A DNA stretch of 64,000 nucleotides from Octopus sinensis (lineage: Eukaryota): positions 73,408,001-73,472,000 of the forward strand of contig NC_042999.1 in assembly GCF_006345805.1 (NCBI RefSeq), in the 5' to 3' direction. The translations under genes and the position numbers were made by a program. Shown one piece after another: positions 38,054 through 52,680 of the stretch (positions are counted from its first letter, which is position 1; each line of letters opens with the position of its first letter). The notes beneath the pieces were generated by a model. The model saw only the letters and a list, made by a program, of their open reading frames with translations, was not told the origin of the DNA and did no database searches.

Positions 38054-40554
38054 GTATATATATATATATGCATATAATTATAATTAGGGGTCAGCTAATG
38101 CTTCACCACATACCGAATTTAGAAATATGAGTTAAAAATTACTTTTCTATTATTGTAACAATCTCCACGACATTAGCACACTTTTTGACGTAGGCAAAGA
38201 GAAAAACAATGAATCAACACGACTCCGATTAACCACAGACGCATTTCGAGATTAAAGTGTTTAAAATTATTTACTTCTCTCTTCAGTGTAGCATTTCCAA
38301 TTATAAAATTTGAAAGTGCTAAGGTTACGATCGAGCGACATCGTGTAACAAATATCCAACCAACACTTCCAAAAGTTACACAGCCGAATGTGAATACACT
38401 ATTCATCCCCTGTACCCACGTATATGTTACGAGCAGTACCGCAGAAAACTGCAGTATTCTATGATGGAGTAAATTATAATTTCAAATTAATTTGATATAT
38501 ATGCATATATATATATATATATATATAAAGGTAAACAGAGTTAGCGGTTATAATAATCAACTAAGGGATAAAATATCCGTATATACTATCGGTGTCAGTT
38601 ACCCGTATTATTTCTGCGAATGGGTATGCAGGCACACTATGTACGTAGAGTATAGATAACAACAGAATAAACAAAACTTTATCAGGAATTAAATATATAT
38701 AATCAGAAAATGGAGAAAACCTCAAATCAACAAACAAATCAATTGGACCACATCTATAGCTTATTATTTAATACAAAACATGGCATAACCTTTATGTGAC
38801 ATACCAATTCTTACGGCCGTTTCCGCTTCCGATGCCAGTCAGTGCCTACGAAAGAATTGCGAAAATAATATTCTTCATCTTCATAGGATATTCGAACTAA
38901 AACACGGAGCTTTTACAGAGTGAATACAAAAGCGTCGAAAATAAACAAAAGGAAGAGGAAATAGGAAAGAAAACATGGCCTAGAGAAGAAGTCTGGAAGC
39001 CTAATATATTAAAATCATACAATCTTACATCATAGGGCTTCGAAGTCCGTAGGTAAAAGAGTGATCTAGCAATGGTTTAGGGGGAAATTTTTTCCGGTTA
39101 TTTCCATATAAAGTGGGGACCAAGATGTTTTAAAAGTTATGAAAAGAAATTAGCAAAAAAAAAAGTACAAGAAAATTACTAACATGTCTATAAAAGGGCA
39201 TTACCTGTGCTAATGTAAATAACTCTAGTTGATATTTATCCAAAACATAACTGTAGGGTTCTTATGATAGTGTACTTACAGAAATATTACAAAGAGCACC
39301 ACTTGTTGTCCGCAATGCGATAGGTCTAAGTCTAGCGATTTCTACAATTGGTCAGTTATATTTGAACCGAGGGCAAAAGTTAAAACCGTTTCAATGGATA
39401 TGTAAAGAAAAAAGAAAAAAGGAAATAAGTGAAGGATGCGGGGGAGAAGACTACGATATAAGTGGTACGAGGCTGCTTATATCTTTCTGCAGCTTCTCGA
39501 CATAACATAAATAAGAATAAATAGTTAGATAAATACGGTCAAACAAATACTATAATTTATAGTTAAGGGGAGACAACTAGTACATATATTACATAAGAAA
39601 GTATTTTTAAAAACTGCTAAAATAATGTTGGATTTTACATCCTAGATAGCAAGTGGAATTCGAGTCGTGGTAATTATAGACAAAGAATTAAATGTGTACA
39701 CGTACCTGAGAACATTCCACCTTATAGGTACATAACAAGGCAAAATCACAAAACCACTTACATTTAAGCGATTAAGATTTAAGACCAAATCGCGTGTTAA
39801 TTAGTATCATGAATATAATTCTCATCTTCAAACAGTTTACTAAAAATACTTAGTAAACATTACATTATCCTTAAAGTTAGTTCATATTAAATTTAATAAT
39901 TTAAAAATTATATTGACCCTTACATAGGTGCAGTCATACTAGGTCCACTACCAAATTAGTAACATGAATATAGTTTTCATGTTCAAACAGTTTACTAAAT
40001 ATACTTAATATGCATTGCATTATCCTAAAAGTTAGAATGTTCATATCATTAAATTTAATCATTTAAAAATTATATTGACCCTAAGTGGATGCAGACATAC
40101 TATTTGTAATATTTGTAATATTTGGATTTACTATGTAGGATTGAAAGCGTAATTTGTTGACGGGCATCGGAAGCGGAAACGGCCGGAAGAATTGTTATAT
40201 CGTGTTTTGTATTAAATAATAAGCTATAAATGTGGTCCAATTGATTTGTTTGTTGATCTGAGGTTTTCTCTATTTTCTGATTATACAGACACACACACAC
40301 ACACACACACGACGATTTCCACACTATTTTCATCTACCAATTCAACTCAAAAGTTAATTTTGAACCCGGAGCTATAGTAGAATAACACGTACCCAAGGTG
40401 TCTTGTCGTTGGCTCGATTCCTGCAACCAAGTCACCGTGAAGCAAACATTAAAAATACACAACCCTGTCCACTCTTGCATTGAAATATCCCCTTTTTTCC
40501 AACTCTTTGTTCAAGCTTGGTTTTTGTTTAGGTTCCTTTTTCACTGACATTATA

Positions 40555-41123
40555 TTGGGTTGTCCGGAAAGTTCGTGCTGATTTATAGTAGCTTACCTTT
40601 CGACTTATTTTAGAACATGGTTGAGTCCATAAAATAGGATTTGACTACACCTCCATTTACAGCACAGTTTAAGCTTTGCGTGGAAGAAGGTTTATGTTCC
40701 TATAACCTGTGTTAATTCTGTAACCCTTTAAAATGGAAGTTAAGAAAGTTCATTTTCGGTACTTGATGCTTTCCTTTTTCCGTAAAGGAAAAATGTCTCA
40801 CAAGCAACCAAAGAAATATGCGCAGTTTACGGTGATGTTTCTTTATCCGAAAGAACTGTACGGAAGTGGTTTGCAAGGTTCCGTGCTGGAGATTGTAGCC
40901 CTATTGATAAAGAGCGATCAGGCAAACCATCCACTACAGATGATGACCAAATCAAGTCATTAATTGAGAATAACCCACATTGCACAACCCGAGAATTGGC
41001 AGGAAGCCTCAACCTATCAAAATCCGTCGTTCATGAGCACCTGGTAAAGCTTGGGTAATGGCAAGTATTTATTGACCTTTTTCTTTCCTTTAAAAATCGG
41101 CACGAACTTTCCGGACAACTCAA
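40555..41123 (+). mobile_element. Internally deleted mariner element (569 bp) with intact TIRs and TA TSD
   Basis: TA|TTGGGTTGTCCGGAAAGTTCGTG ... CACGAACTTTCCGGACAACTCAA|TA. Encodes MEVKKVHFRY..RTVRKWFARFRAGD..RSGKP..TTRELA..HEHLVKLG (N-terminal HTH, one frameshift, no DDD domain). Confidence 0.92.
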
Positions 41124-42472
41124 TAATAACTTACGGTTATTGGAACATTTTAGGCATATCCTAAATTGTGCCAACCCTTATTAATTGGCGAATGTGTACT
41201 ATCGTATATTTACACAGTCTCTAATAATATTGATATACTACAATATTGTAGAATATGTCGATAGAGAATTTTGCTTGTTTTTTTCTTTTGTTTTGTTTTA
41301 TTTTTCCAATGCTATATGCATAGACAGATACAAACACCTAGTCTGTCTGGTGTTCGCTAAAAAATCTATAGAAGTATAACACCGAAACAAAGTACTTTAA
41401 ACACAAAAGCAATTTATTACTCTAGTAACATTGCTAATAAGTTTCGGAATGCAGGTGTTTTGGTTTCTTTTTTCATTTTCGTCAAAACAGTTTGTTCTTT
41501 AATGATCATTTAAACCATTTAGGAAAAATTTTCTAGAATAACGGAGTTAAATTGTTGTTTGTTTTGTCTTGCTTTGTTTCTCAGTTTTATGCGTTCTTAC
41601 AATTTTGATGACAGATGAAACCAGAAGGGCTAAAAATAACGATATAGGCAAAACGACAGTGAGATGGATAGGAGTAGGAACATTTATGTAAACACACTAT
41701 TATACACACACATATACACAAATACATCTATGTGTGTGTGTGTGGTGCGTGGGGGGGGGATATCTAGGACGGTTAAAATTCCCGTTATCCACGGACGAGT
41801 TCTCTCCAGCGGTGTTTGTCCCTCATCATGTCCTGTGTCTCCCGTGTCTTCCCCGGTCTCCTACTTCTAGTGTGCCCGTGTAAAGACTTCCACAGGAGCA
41901 CTGGGTGCAGTATCAACTCTGAATGACAATGAGCATGTCCAGCTAAGCTCAGCCTTCTCTGAACGATTATGGTGATTCCATGAAGTAAACATACTTCAGA
42001 TACACTCGTTTATTCATACGAACATAACTGAGATGAAATATGTCATAAATGACAGTGACAAACAAAATATATCCCGCCGGATGTTGTTGTTGACAAACAA
42101 CAGCAGTAATTTTATTCAGCTGAATACACGTCATTGATTGGTTGAAATTACCGAAATACGACAACTTTAACACGAAATAACTTAGAAAATATAAACTTTT
42201 CTCAACAACGCTAAGACTAAAAGATGTTCTATATGACACATTCTACCAGTATACGAAGTTTCAAAGTGTTTAGTTAAAGGAAATTAATTAATCGAGCTGC
42301 CCATGAAAAAGAAAAGATCCCTTTCGTCAAAAGTCGGCAGTTTAGCGGAAGTGAGAAAGATGAAGTAAGAATTACTACTACTAATTGTTTGATAGTGCCC
42401 ATATTTTAACAAGAGCACAGTGTATCCTGAGCAAACGTTCAAAGAATTACTGTTATGGAGAACATAGAACAA

Positions 42473-43225
42473 GGCGGCGAGCTGGCAGAAACGTTAGCGC
42501 GCCGGACGAAATACTTAGCGGTATTTCGTCTGTCGTTACGTTCTGAGTTCAATTTCCGCCGGGGTCGACTTTGCCTTTCATCCTCTCGGGGTCGATAAAT
42601 AAAGTACCAGTTACGCACTGGGGTCGATGTAATCGACTTAATACCTATGTCTGTCCTTGTTTGTCCCCTCTGTGTGTAGCCCCTTGTGGGTAATAAAGAA
42701 ATAGGTATTTCGTCTGCCGTTACGTTCTGAGTTCAAATTCCACCGAGGTCGACTTTGCATTTCATCCTTTCGGGATCGATAAATTAAGTACTACTTATGT
42801 ACTGGGGTCGATGTAATCGACTTAATCCGTTTGTCTGTCCTTGTTTTCCTCTCTGTATTTAGCCCCTTGCTGGTAGTAAAGAAATAGGTATTTCGTCTGC
42901 CGCTACGTTCTGAGTTCAAATTCCGCCGAGGTCGACTTTGCCTTTCATTCTTTCAGGGTCGATAATTAAGTACCAGTTACGCACTGGGGTCAATATAATC
43001 GAGTTAATCCGTTTGTCTGTCCTTCTTTGTCCCTTTTGTGTTTAGCCCCTTGTGGTTAGTAAAGAAATAGGTATTTCGTCTGTCTTTAAATTCTGAATTC
43101 AAATTCCACCGAGGTCGACTTTGCCTTTCATCCTTTCGGGGTCGATAAATTAAGTAGCAGTTGCGTACTGGGGTCGATCTAATCGACTGCACACCTTCCC
43201 AAAAATTTCGGGCCTTGTAGAAAAG
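42473..43225 (+). mobile_element. SINE with one head and four tandem body units of about 183 bp
   Basis: ggtatttcgtctg at 42520, 42704, 42887 and 43070. Confidence 0.92.
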
Positions 43226-43784
43226 AATGAAGAACATAGAACAGGCAGAAAAATATAAAGTATAAATATAAAAGTATTTGCTGGTAATGAAGTAATTCTC
43301 AAACATAATGATTCAAGATCGTGGTAAGGAATACAAAATATGTAGTAATGCGAATTCATTTATATTGTATGTGTATGTCATACGCTAATACATGTAAGGC
43401 GTTATAGTGCATGTGAACACAGATATACGTGCACTTTAATGGCATATATATGTGTATGAGGGAACATATTCTCTATCTGCAGGGGCAGCGATCCAGCCCA
43501 AACCGAACATCTTTTATACTGTCTTAGATAATGTGTTTCTGCTACTACTGACAAGCATAAACAGATAAACAAATCTCTTTTGCTGAAATCTTCATTTACA
43601 CGAAACCATTTATACTTTTTCCATTGTCACCTTAGTTATATATATCTGCAAATTTTGCTGCTATTTGAATCACCGACAAACAAGGTAAAGCAAATTTTTT
43701 CAGTTAGTTAAGACTTCAGAGTCGGTGTAATGGAAGAATATTCTCCTTCACTTGATTTACTATAGGCTCGATTACTAGTAAATA

Positions 43785-44045
43785 AAAAATAAATGCGCCC
43801 CTTTTAAAGCCTAGCCAGGCTCATGGGCCCGGTTTCCCGGTTTCAATGGCGTATGTGTTCCCCAGCTGGACGGGACGCCAGTCCATCGCAGCGTTACTCA
43901 TTTTTGCCAGCTGAGTGAACTGGAGCAACGTGAAATGAAGTGGTTTGCTCAAGAACACAACGCGTCACCCGGTCCAGGAATCGAAACCACAATCTTACGA
44001 TCATGGTGCTGTCACTCTAACCACTAAGCCACACACCTCCACGCT
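43785..44045 (-). mobile_element. tRNA-derived SINE with V/Meta-type central domain
   Basis: Minus strand GTGGCTTAGTGGTTAG (A box), GGTTTCGATTCC (B box), gcgatggactggcgtcccgtccag; second copy at 51075-51312. Confidence 0.85.
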
Positions 44046-44863
44046 CAATTACTAGACGCAGCATAATTGCTTTTAATATAAACACTTCTGTACATTTTCT
44101 CTCTCATCTTGGTAAATAAACTTTACCGGTCTTTTGAATTTAATATTAGGAGTTGGGGAACCTCACACAGTAAACAACTGATTAATTTTCAGTTCCAAAC
44201 ATTAAAAAAATCAATTGAATTGCATGTACGGCGAGCAGAGGTATTTGAATATGTGGAGTGGATGACATGATAACTTTTCCCAGTTATTCACTCTTCAGTG
44301 TCCAGCAAAGAATTAACAACCGGTCCACGTTTTAAAAAAAAATTGATTTCAACAATCGGTTCACGTGAACCGGTGCGAATTTATGTCGACTTTTGACTAT
44401 TTTCATGCTTTTCGAAAATGAACTGATATAACCGCTCCGATCGAAGACTGACTTAATTCATATTAAAGATATACGGTACTGAAGCTGCTTAGCTGCGAAA
44501 TGATTTGACTGTAGGTGCATGTGATTCAAATAGTACATTTATCACTTCATATCAACAACAGGACTTACTCTGGAATTTGATATGCAGAAAAAAAAATTGG
44601 AGCTAATCAGTAATGGCAGTGAACGTCGCTGGAATATTTACACCATCTTTGATAATGCAGAGTTGGTGATGTAGCAACTGGTGTGATTCTTGCTTTTAAT
44701 TTGATGTTGTCATTGTTTTTATTGGCATCTAAGATATTGAATAAAGTGCATTCTACTTGTGGTGTGCGTGTGTGTATGTGTGCGTGTGTGCGTGTGTGTG
44801 TGTGCGTGCGCGGGTATGCATATATATGTGTGTGTATGTGTGTATGTATGTATGTATGTATGT

Positions 44864-44940
<77 letters not shown>

Positions 44941-44999
44941 CATTGTAGCTGCTTTCTCGTATACAAGCAAAGCCATTGCTAAAATGAATTATTGAAATG

Positions 45000-45965
45000 A
45001 GTCATTGATGATGCAATGTATGCCTCTTGAGTCCGGTCAATGATCTGCACATTTTATTCCATAATGCACAGCTGAGCTGACTGGTAGAAGGAACAGGTAC
45101 CACAGTATGAAGTCTTCTGGCATACCTTTTCAACCCTCCAACTGAAAGGCACACCTTTCCACAAGTTGCCCATGTTCTGATGTGAACAATAGCCATATAA
45201 CAATTTACAAGGGGCTGATTCCTATGAGTTCTCCGATGGCTGACCAGGCCTGCATGACTCAAGCATTTCCTCCGACAAATCATACGCATAGAAGCAATGC
45301 TCCTTCATTTTCTACAGATTCATTCTTTCAAAGCCTTCTCTTGATCTTGTGCTTCATTCTCTCTCTTTCAAACTTCCAACAACCACTGTGCACTCCTTTC
45401 CTCCATCCATTTCAGTCTTGTGCCTCCCTCTTCTAATGATCAACGGAAACTTCTGTCTGTGTCAGAGCAATTCTGAGGCAGTTCTTGAACCTCATTTTGG
45501 ATTTATGTCCTGGCCGTCTACCATCTTCCAGCTCACCACACAAAAGTTGCTTAGGACGTCCTTCATCATTCATTCTCATCAGATGTCCACCCCTCCTCAA
45601 ACAACTTTGTAGCATCATCGATTCTATACTCCTACTATCACTTCTCTCAAGTACTTCCACATCACTGATAGTTTTCTCCAATTTATTCCAAGAATTTTCC
45701 TTAGACAATATTGATGGTATCGTTCCAAATGCCTTAAATGCCTACGATAAGCAACCCATGTCTCACTTTCATGGGAAAATGATGGTAGAGCACACGAACT
45801 GTAAAGCCTAACTTTAGTCTAGACAAATATACTATGGCGTGGCCAGAGACGCTTGTCAAGGCTACCAAAGCATTACTAGCCTTACTGATTCTATATGAAA
45901 TTTCATGATCAAGACCAGTAGTGCTCAGAGTATTTCCTAAATAAATGAATTTGGTTACAACTTCC
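45000..45965 (-). mobile_element. Decayed RTE/BovB-like LINE, 3' part
   Basis: FIYLGNTLS, RISKASNA, GHLMRM..RPKQLLCGEL..GRR, and C-terminal CGKVCLSVGGLKR. Confidence 0.85.
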
Positions 45966-45985
45966 TCAGGGTGTTGTGTGTGTGT

Positions 45986-46019
<34 letters not shown>

Positions 46020-46288
46020 AGAGAGTCTGAATGTACGCATTTAGAGGTAATATCTATATACATATTGATGTGTGTATTTATGTGTGTGTATGTGTATGTA
46101 AATATATATATATACGTATGTATGTGTTTGTATATGGGAGTTTCTATATATCTATGAGTCTATAAGTCTTTGTGTGTGTGCATGTATACATGCACACACA
46201 CAAACACATACAAACACTCATACACACGCATGAACATAATACTCTGCACATGTATTTATCTGCGCGTGTATGTGTAGTGACAGAGTGC

Positions 46289-46343
<55 letters not shown>

Positions 46344-46929
46344 GCGTGCGTGCAAATTTGTTCCGTACATATATGGCATGACACTAGTAAAAGTCGGTTA
46401 GTGTTTGCAAATCGTGACGTTGATTCAAGTTTACTCTTGGTGGAGTTATTACCAACATGCTCATGTTGATCATCTCAGGTCAGAAGACATTGTAAAAACA
46501 ATTCTTTTCATATCCAGATTAAATAAAAGAAAATACGATGTCCACGCTGATAAAAGATGCCAGGAGTGTTATAAAAGGTATTGGCGGGGTGTAGCTGTAG
46601 TAATAGATTTCGTCTGGGTAATATTATATTAAATGATAAACAACCGTAAGTGAAGTACAAATAAAATAAGACGACCAAAGTGACAGGACATAGTTACTTC
46701 TTGAAGGAAAGAATATGAGAGAGAGTGAGGAGAGAAAGTTTGGGAGAATGGGACGAAGAGGAAACGAATGATGAGTCCGATGTGACGTGGTGCTCTGAGA
46801 GTTGGGGAAAGGTAAAATGGTGAGTCTTAAGCAGTGTAGTGGAATGGTGAGGGAAAGGTCAGTCTTGTGGGGGCGGGGTGTAATTCTTAGGATGAAAGAG
46901 GGAGAACGAGGAAAAAGAACATTCTCCTT

Positions 46930-47340
46930 TTCCTGTCTTTTACTGTTTTTATTTGTATTGTTTTTACTGTCTTATTTTGTTTTTACTGTCCTATTCTTGT
47001 TACCACTTTTAACCCTCCGCAAAAAGTCCCAAATTTTATTTAATTTGCTTGCGGGAAGGACTATTTCAACTAAGTCGCGTCTTGTCCTTACCTTCGGAAA
47101 GCGGAGTAGTCGAAGCAGGGGCAGCTGAAGAAGGGGAATGTTCCTTGTTGTATATATTGTACTCTGTTTTTTCGTTGTTTGAAAAAAGTTCATTTCCATG
47201 TTTTTGTTTTTATGTTTTCGTTTCTCATTGTGTTCAACGTTTTTTGGTGTCCTGTACCCATATATGCATGTATATATACATATAGATGTAGGTATGTACA
47301 TATATGTATGTATATATGCATATATTTATATATTATTTAT
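46930..47340 (+). repeat. Second copy of the 14930-15420 repeat family
   Basis: Shared motifs; preceded by a purine-rich tract. Confidence 0.7.
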
Positions 47341-47499
47341 ATGATGTAGATAACATCATATAGATAACATAAAGAATAGAGGTGGAGAGGCGAAGAGAGT
47401 ATATGAGAGGAAGTAAGAGAGAGAGAGAGATGAAGTTGAGTTTTTATATGGAGTAACTCTAAGAGAGAGAAAGAGAAGTTGGCAAATGTTATATAGTGT

Positions 47500-47590
47500 A
47501 GTTCTTAGCCTCCAAATTAAGTTAAAGGTCTACAGAGCCTTTGTCCTGCCAGCTTTGCTGTATGCCGATGAGACATGGACTTGTAGTGGA
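47500..47590 (+). mobile_element. RTE LINE fragment
   Basis: SLQIKLKVYRAFVLPALLYADETWT. Confidence 0.7.
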
Positions 47591-50500
47591 AAAGGTGTGT
47601 CAGAAGATGTTGAGGTAACAGATGCGATAGGCATGTGGATGCCTTCAAAGTAAACAATGGAATAACATCGGTCTGTAGTTAAAATAATTTATTTAAACGG
47701 CACTTGCATTTGCTTGTGGTATACACAAATTTTCACTACATCAATTCGTTGCCAGCTGCTTCGAGCTGGCGAAGAAATCAACAGGATGCATCTGTGGATA
47801 TGATAGGGTAGAATTGAATATGTTTTGTTTCTGTGTATGAGTTGGTCATTCAACCGGACATGTTTGTGTCTGTGTGTGCGTTGGTCATTCACACCGGTCG
47901 ATCATGTTGAATATCTGAAAAATTATTGGCCTGCTATCTCGTAGCGCGTCTCTGGCTTGACTGTCCCTTTACGGATTACTGTGTTTATAACATGTCGTGG
48001 CAGCTAGAATGACAGACATACCACAGGAGAAATTGGGCCTAAATAAGTCAACTCCTGTCCATTTAAACTTCACCTAACATGACTGAGGTCGGAGGTCAAA
48101 GGGAAACGATCCATCATTTTTTGACAGGACAAAGAAATTTCTTTCGCGCCTGTTTGGTCAGTGGTGGATCAGACGAGCGAGAATCCTTAGATTCGGTTTC
48201 GAATCTAAGCTCGGAGAAAGGAAGTGTTAGTATTTATAGACTGTTTACAGCAAGCAGGCCAAAATGATTAATAAATCCCACCTGAACCACCTGTGCAAAA
48301 CATTTTTCTCCTAAATACACTAAATACTTAAAATAGTATCAAAACAGAGAATGTGTAAAAGTTGTGTAAAATGGTCCTCGAAGAGAAGGGAAAAGGTTAA
48401 TGTCATGTAGTGAAGCTATGGTAATAATGAGTTTGTCAGTTTTATATAGTAATAACCATGCTCTGTATCTCTGGCGAGATATAAAACATAGCCAGTCGTA
48501 CCATTTTCTACCATCACTGAAGCCATCTATACAGTCACCTGACTGCCAAAAACAGTAGTGAAACTTCCCTCAAATCATACCATACCGTTTGAAAATTAAA
48601 ATTATTTGTCAGAAGTATAAAGGAAACAAATAGTATCAAGATATTAGAAAGTATTTGACTTTGAAAGCAAATAAATTAAATTAGTAAAAAATTCATACTT
48701 AAGTCCTTCGTTTCCCAGTGAAACAGTCTATCGATGATTTTCTCCACTGTTCTCGACTCTGGATTGTGTTTTCTATATAAGGCCTTCCTCTTCCAGATGC
48801 TGTCAGTTTTGAGTTGTTATCGATGCTTTTGTAACTTTACTTTATTTTTTAGATAAGAGTGTTGGCCTTATACAAACCCTTTTTCACATCTGGAAAAAGA
48901 TGGTCCATATTATTCTGGACTCTATCCTTCAACCTGCCCAGTATAGAAGGCCCTACCAGAAGCTTGCGCTCTGCTAGCATAGTTCTTGGGGCCATTGAGA
49001 CATACAAGTCAACACACTGCAACAAGAACCGGAACTTGAAGTGGAGACAAATATATAGTCATGTAAAATGGTTAAAATATATAGTTTTAAAGACATGTGG
49101 GTTATGAAGATAATACAAAACTTAATAATACAAGAAGGCACTACAGACTAAGGGAAAAAAATTGTAAATAACTATAATCATTAAGAAACGTCATTTTAAA
49201 TAATTATTGTCGTTGAACGAAAATTTATTTTAAAACGCCATAAAAGATTTTAAAATGACATAATTATTATATTATGTTTTGGTTACTTAATCTGAAAAGA
49301 CTAAATGATACTATAACAAGGAGACGTTAAATTAATAATATAAGAAAGTTGTTAAAAATTGTGAAAATGAATTTTGAATTAGGAAAAGCTGAAGTTGAAC
49401 AAATTTATGCTAGTATTTTTCCAGTGGTAGAAGAAAGTACATTCAAACTAAAGATATGGAATATAGGAAATTCTGAAGTAACATTATTAAGTCGTTATGA
49501 AAGGAGGCTACGTTAACAGAGATACGATAATATACTCAAATGTATACGTCCTTAAATATATAACTATATATGCATGTGTGGGTGGGGCAGCTAAACCATC
49601 ATCGAACTGCGATGCATTAGAGTTAATCTTGACTTGTTATAGTAGTTGTTGAGTTAAAAATCATCTTTGGGTATGTAGGTTTAAGTAGTGTGCTAATTAG
49701 GTTTCTATGGTTGGTTGATATGAAAGGTGTTTTGGAAAAATTTTAACTGGTTAAATTTGGGGTTACTTTATTGATTAGAATTTATTTGTGTATGTAGAAC
49801 TTTGTAAACAAACCTGTAGGTGTTTCTCTTTTGTTATGTAGACACAAGGTGTAACAGTATTTCTTTCTTTATTTACTTATTACTTTTTGGTATTATTCGA
49901 AAGAACGTACATAGTATAGGTTGGCCATCTCTTGTTATTTAATGTTATTTCTTGTTTTCATTTGTAAAGTTAGGGTAATTAGTCAGGCATGTTATGCCTT
50001 TGTTAGTATAGAAAAAGTATTTGAGTAAAGGTTGTATGATTTTTTTTTATGTTTCTCTCTACGAAATCAGGAATGGTTGTGTAGTGAGAAGTTTCCTTCT
50101 CAACCACATGGTTCTGGGTTCAGTCCCACTGCGTGGCACCGTAGGCAACCAAAGCCTTGTGAGTGGATTTAGTAGATGGCAACTGAAGGTAGTCCATCAT
50201 GTGTGTGTGTGCGCGCGCATGTTTGTGTGTGTATGTGTGTGCATGTGCGTGTGTGTTTATCTCTGTGTATGTGTGTATGTGTATGTGTGTATGTGTGTAT
50301 GTGTATGTGTGTCTGTGTTTGTCTCCAACTACCGCTTGACAAACGTTGGTGTGTTTCTTCCCCGTAACTTTGATAAAGACTAATAGAATACGTACCACGC
50401 TAAAGTTCTTCAATGCAGTACTCCAGCATGGCCGCAGTCTAATGACTGAAGCAAGTAAAAGATAAAAGATATATACACATCAGCTGGACAGATGTATGTA

Positions 50501-51074
50501 TGTATGTATGTATGTATGTATGTACGTATGCATGTATGTATGTCTGTGCGTATGTAATACAATACATAAAATAAGATCCATGTTCGGTCAATCAAAATTA
50601 CAAGATGGTTGTATGTTAAATCACACGTCCATAAACAGAACGCATAATCAAAAAATTGGTCAGACATTGTTTCATCATGGTTGACCAGAAGAGTGTATCC
50701 AGAACTCTTTTACACTGAAGATGCAAATTTTACACCCGATCAAGCATAGTATAACTCAACTAGTTCATTAAAGTGTATTTACGTTAATGAGGTCAAGGGA
50801 AAAACAAACTGCATGCCTTTAGTAGAATCGGAATAGGAGAAAAACGATAAAATTATGATTATGTCAAGAATAGATATAAAAAGGACGAAGTTATATCCCT
50901 TAGCTTTGTTTGAAAGGTCTTATAACAAAGTAAATTCTATTGCAAATTAAGGTGGTGTATACTCGAAGATGGTGAGAGAAGAAAGCTAGTGATGAAGATA
51001 GGTAGAACGACGTAGAGAGAGAGGAGGAAGAGGCAAATAAGAAACTATGTAAAAGAAGAAAAAATGATTCCTTC

Positions 51075-51312
51075 TCGAGCCATGCCAGGTTCATAAAAGC
51101 CGGTTTCCCGGTTTCAGTGGTGTATAAATTCCACACCTGGACGGGACGCCGATTCGTCGCAAGATTACTCATTTTTGACAGCTGAGTGGACTGGAGCAAC
51201 ATGAAGCGAAGTGTTTCGCTCAAGAACACAACGCGTCGCCGGGTCCAGGAACTGGAACCGCAATCTTACGATTATGAGTCCAACACCCTAACTATTAAGC
51301 TACGCACCTCCA
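51075..51312 (-). mobile_element. tRNA-derived SINE (same family as 43785-44045)
   Basis: Direct similarity. Confidence 0.8.
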
Positions 51313-52640
51313 TTAAGAAACTATGAGATGAGTAGAAATTCGGAGGATGTAAGAAGAAATTTAAACTCACAGAGACAAATGACAGTTTTTCAGGTAGCTG
51401 AGACTCGACCAGTTCGTTAAAATGTATTTACGCTCATCAAGGAACAGAGAAAAATATCCATTTTGAAGTTCAGTAAGATCTCTGGGTGAAGAGAATTCTT
51501 CAAGATCTTTCGCTTTTCCACTAAACAGAGCATGTACCTCTGACTGATGATACTGTCTACATTTTTAAAGTAATATTCAACTAATATCATGCGATACAAC
51601 CTTTTCCTTCGACATCCATATAAACGTCGTGGCGTTTCACTCTTCCTGCATCTTAAAGGATGACCTGTGGTTGTTTAATCGCTACTAAGCGACGAAACAA
51701 GTGAAGTGTTACAAAGCGCTTGCGTCGTTTCACCAGAGGCCTTAAACATGACCTCCACTTCAGACACTATGGTTTCAATCCGATAAGGAGACAAATGTTG
51801 CTACAAGTACAAAAATACCGTGCCTCTGTACTTGACTTGAGCTATTAGTCAAGATTTGTTTCAGGTCTCAATATTCAAAGGAAATAAGATATGAATTTTA
51901 CAATGACGCTTTCTTTTGAGGGGCCAGGAACGAGCGTATAATACGGCACTTGAAATCATTAGCAGCCAGATTCTCGTTATAGAAGAATTCTTGACATAAT
52001 TATCAGATTTGTAACCTAGTGAAATAAGTGTTCCTCAAGATTCTTTGTGGGTGAGCATCTACAGGCACTTGAAACTTCCATCACAGGGTTCCAAGCAACC
52101 CATAATGATCAAACGCGCGCAGGAACTTTGAAATAAGAAACCTTTGTTTATGCATATTTTTCTTAAATTTGCCCTGTAGCTCATAAATGGTAATACTAAT
52201 TCGTATAGCACAATTATTACAACTATACAGAAAGCAAACTGGATTGAGTATATCTACGTGGAGATATATATGTGTATATATACATAGTAGGAAGTATAGT
52301 ATAGTATTCGTGTTGGTGTGTTTACGTCCCAATAATTTTGTTGCAAAAGGGGCTGATAGAATAAGTAATAGGATTTTTTTTTAAATAAATACTAAGGTTG
52401 GTTCAGTCAACTAAAAATTCTTCAAAGTGATGCGCTAAACACAGCCGCAGTCTAATGGCTGAAACAAGTAAAAGATTATATATATATAATTTTTAGTTAA
52501 CAGAAATCCTTCGATAAGATAAGTTATGTTTTTTATTTTAAGAAATATTATTAAATGTCTTTCGATTATTTATAGTTAATACACGTATTTTTCTATATTC
52601 ATTTGATAATTAGTATAAGTTAAGTACATTTATTCTATTA

Positions 52641-52679
<39 letters not shown>

Positions 52680-52680
<1 letters not shown>

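Noticed and set aside
43960-44045. tRNA genes at SINE heads (also 27780-27825, 50060-50130, 51250-51312)
   Set aside because: A and B boxes are present, but each continues into a shared SINE body and no complete cloverleaf could be paired.
44150-44390. Possible hAT MITE end (cggttcacgtgaaccggtgcgaa)
   Set aside because: No partner TIR or 8-bp TSD could be found.
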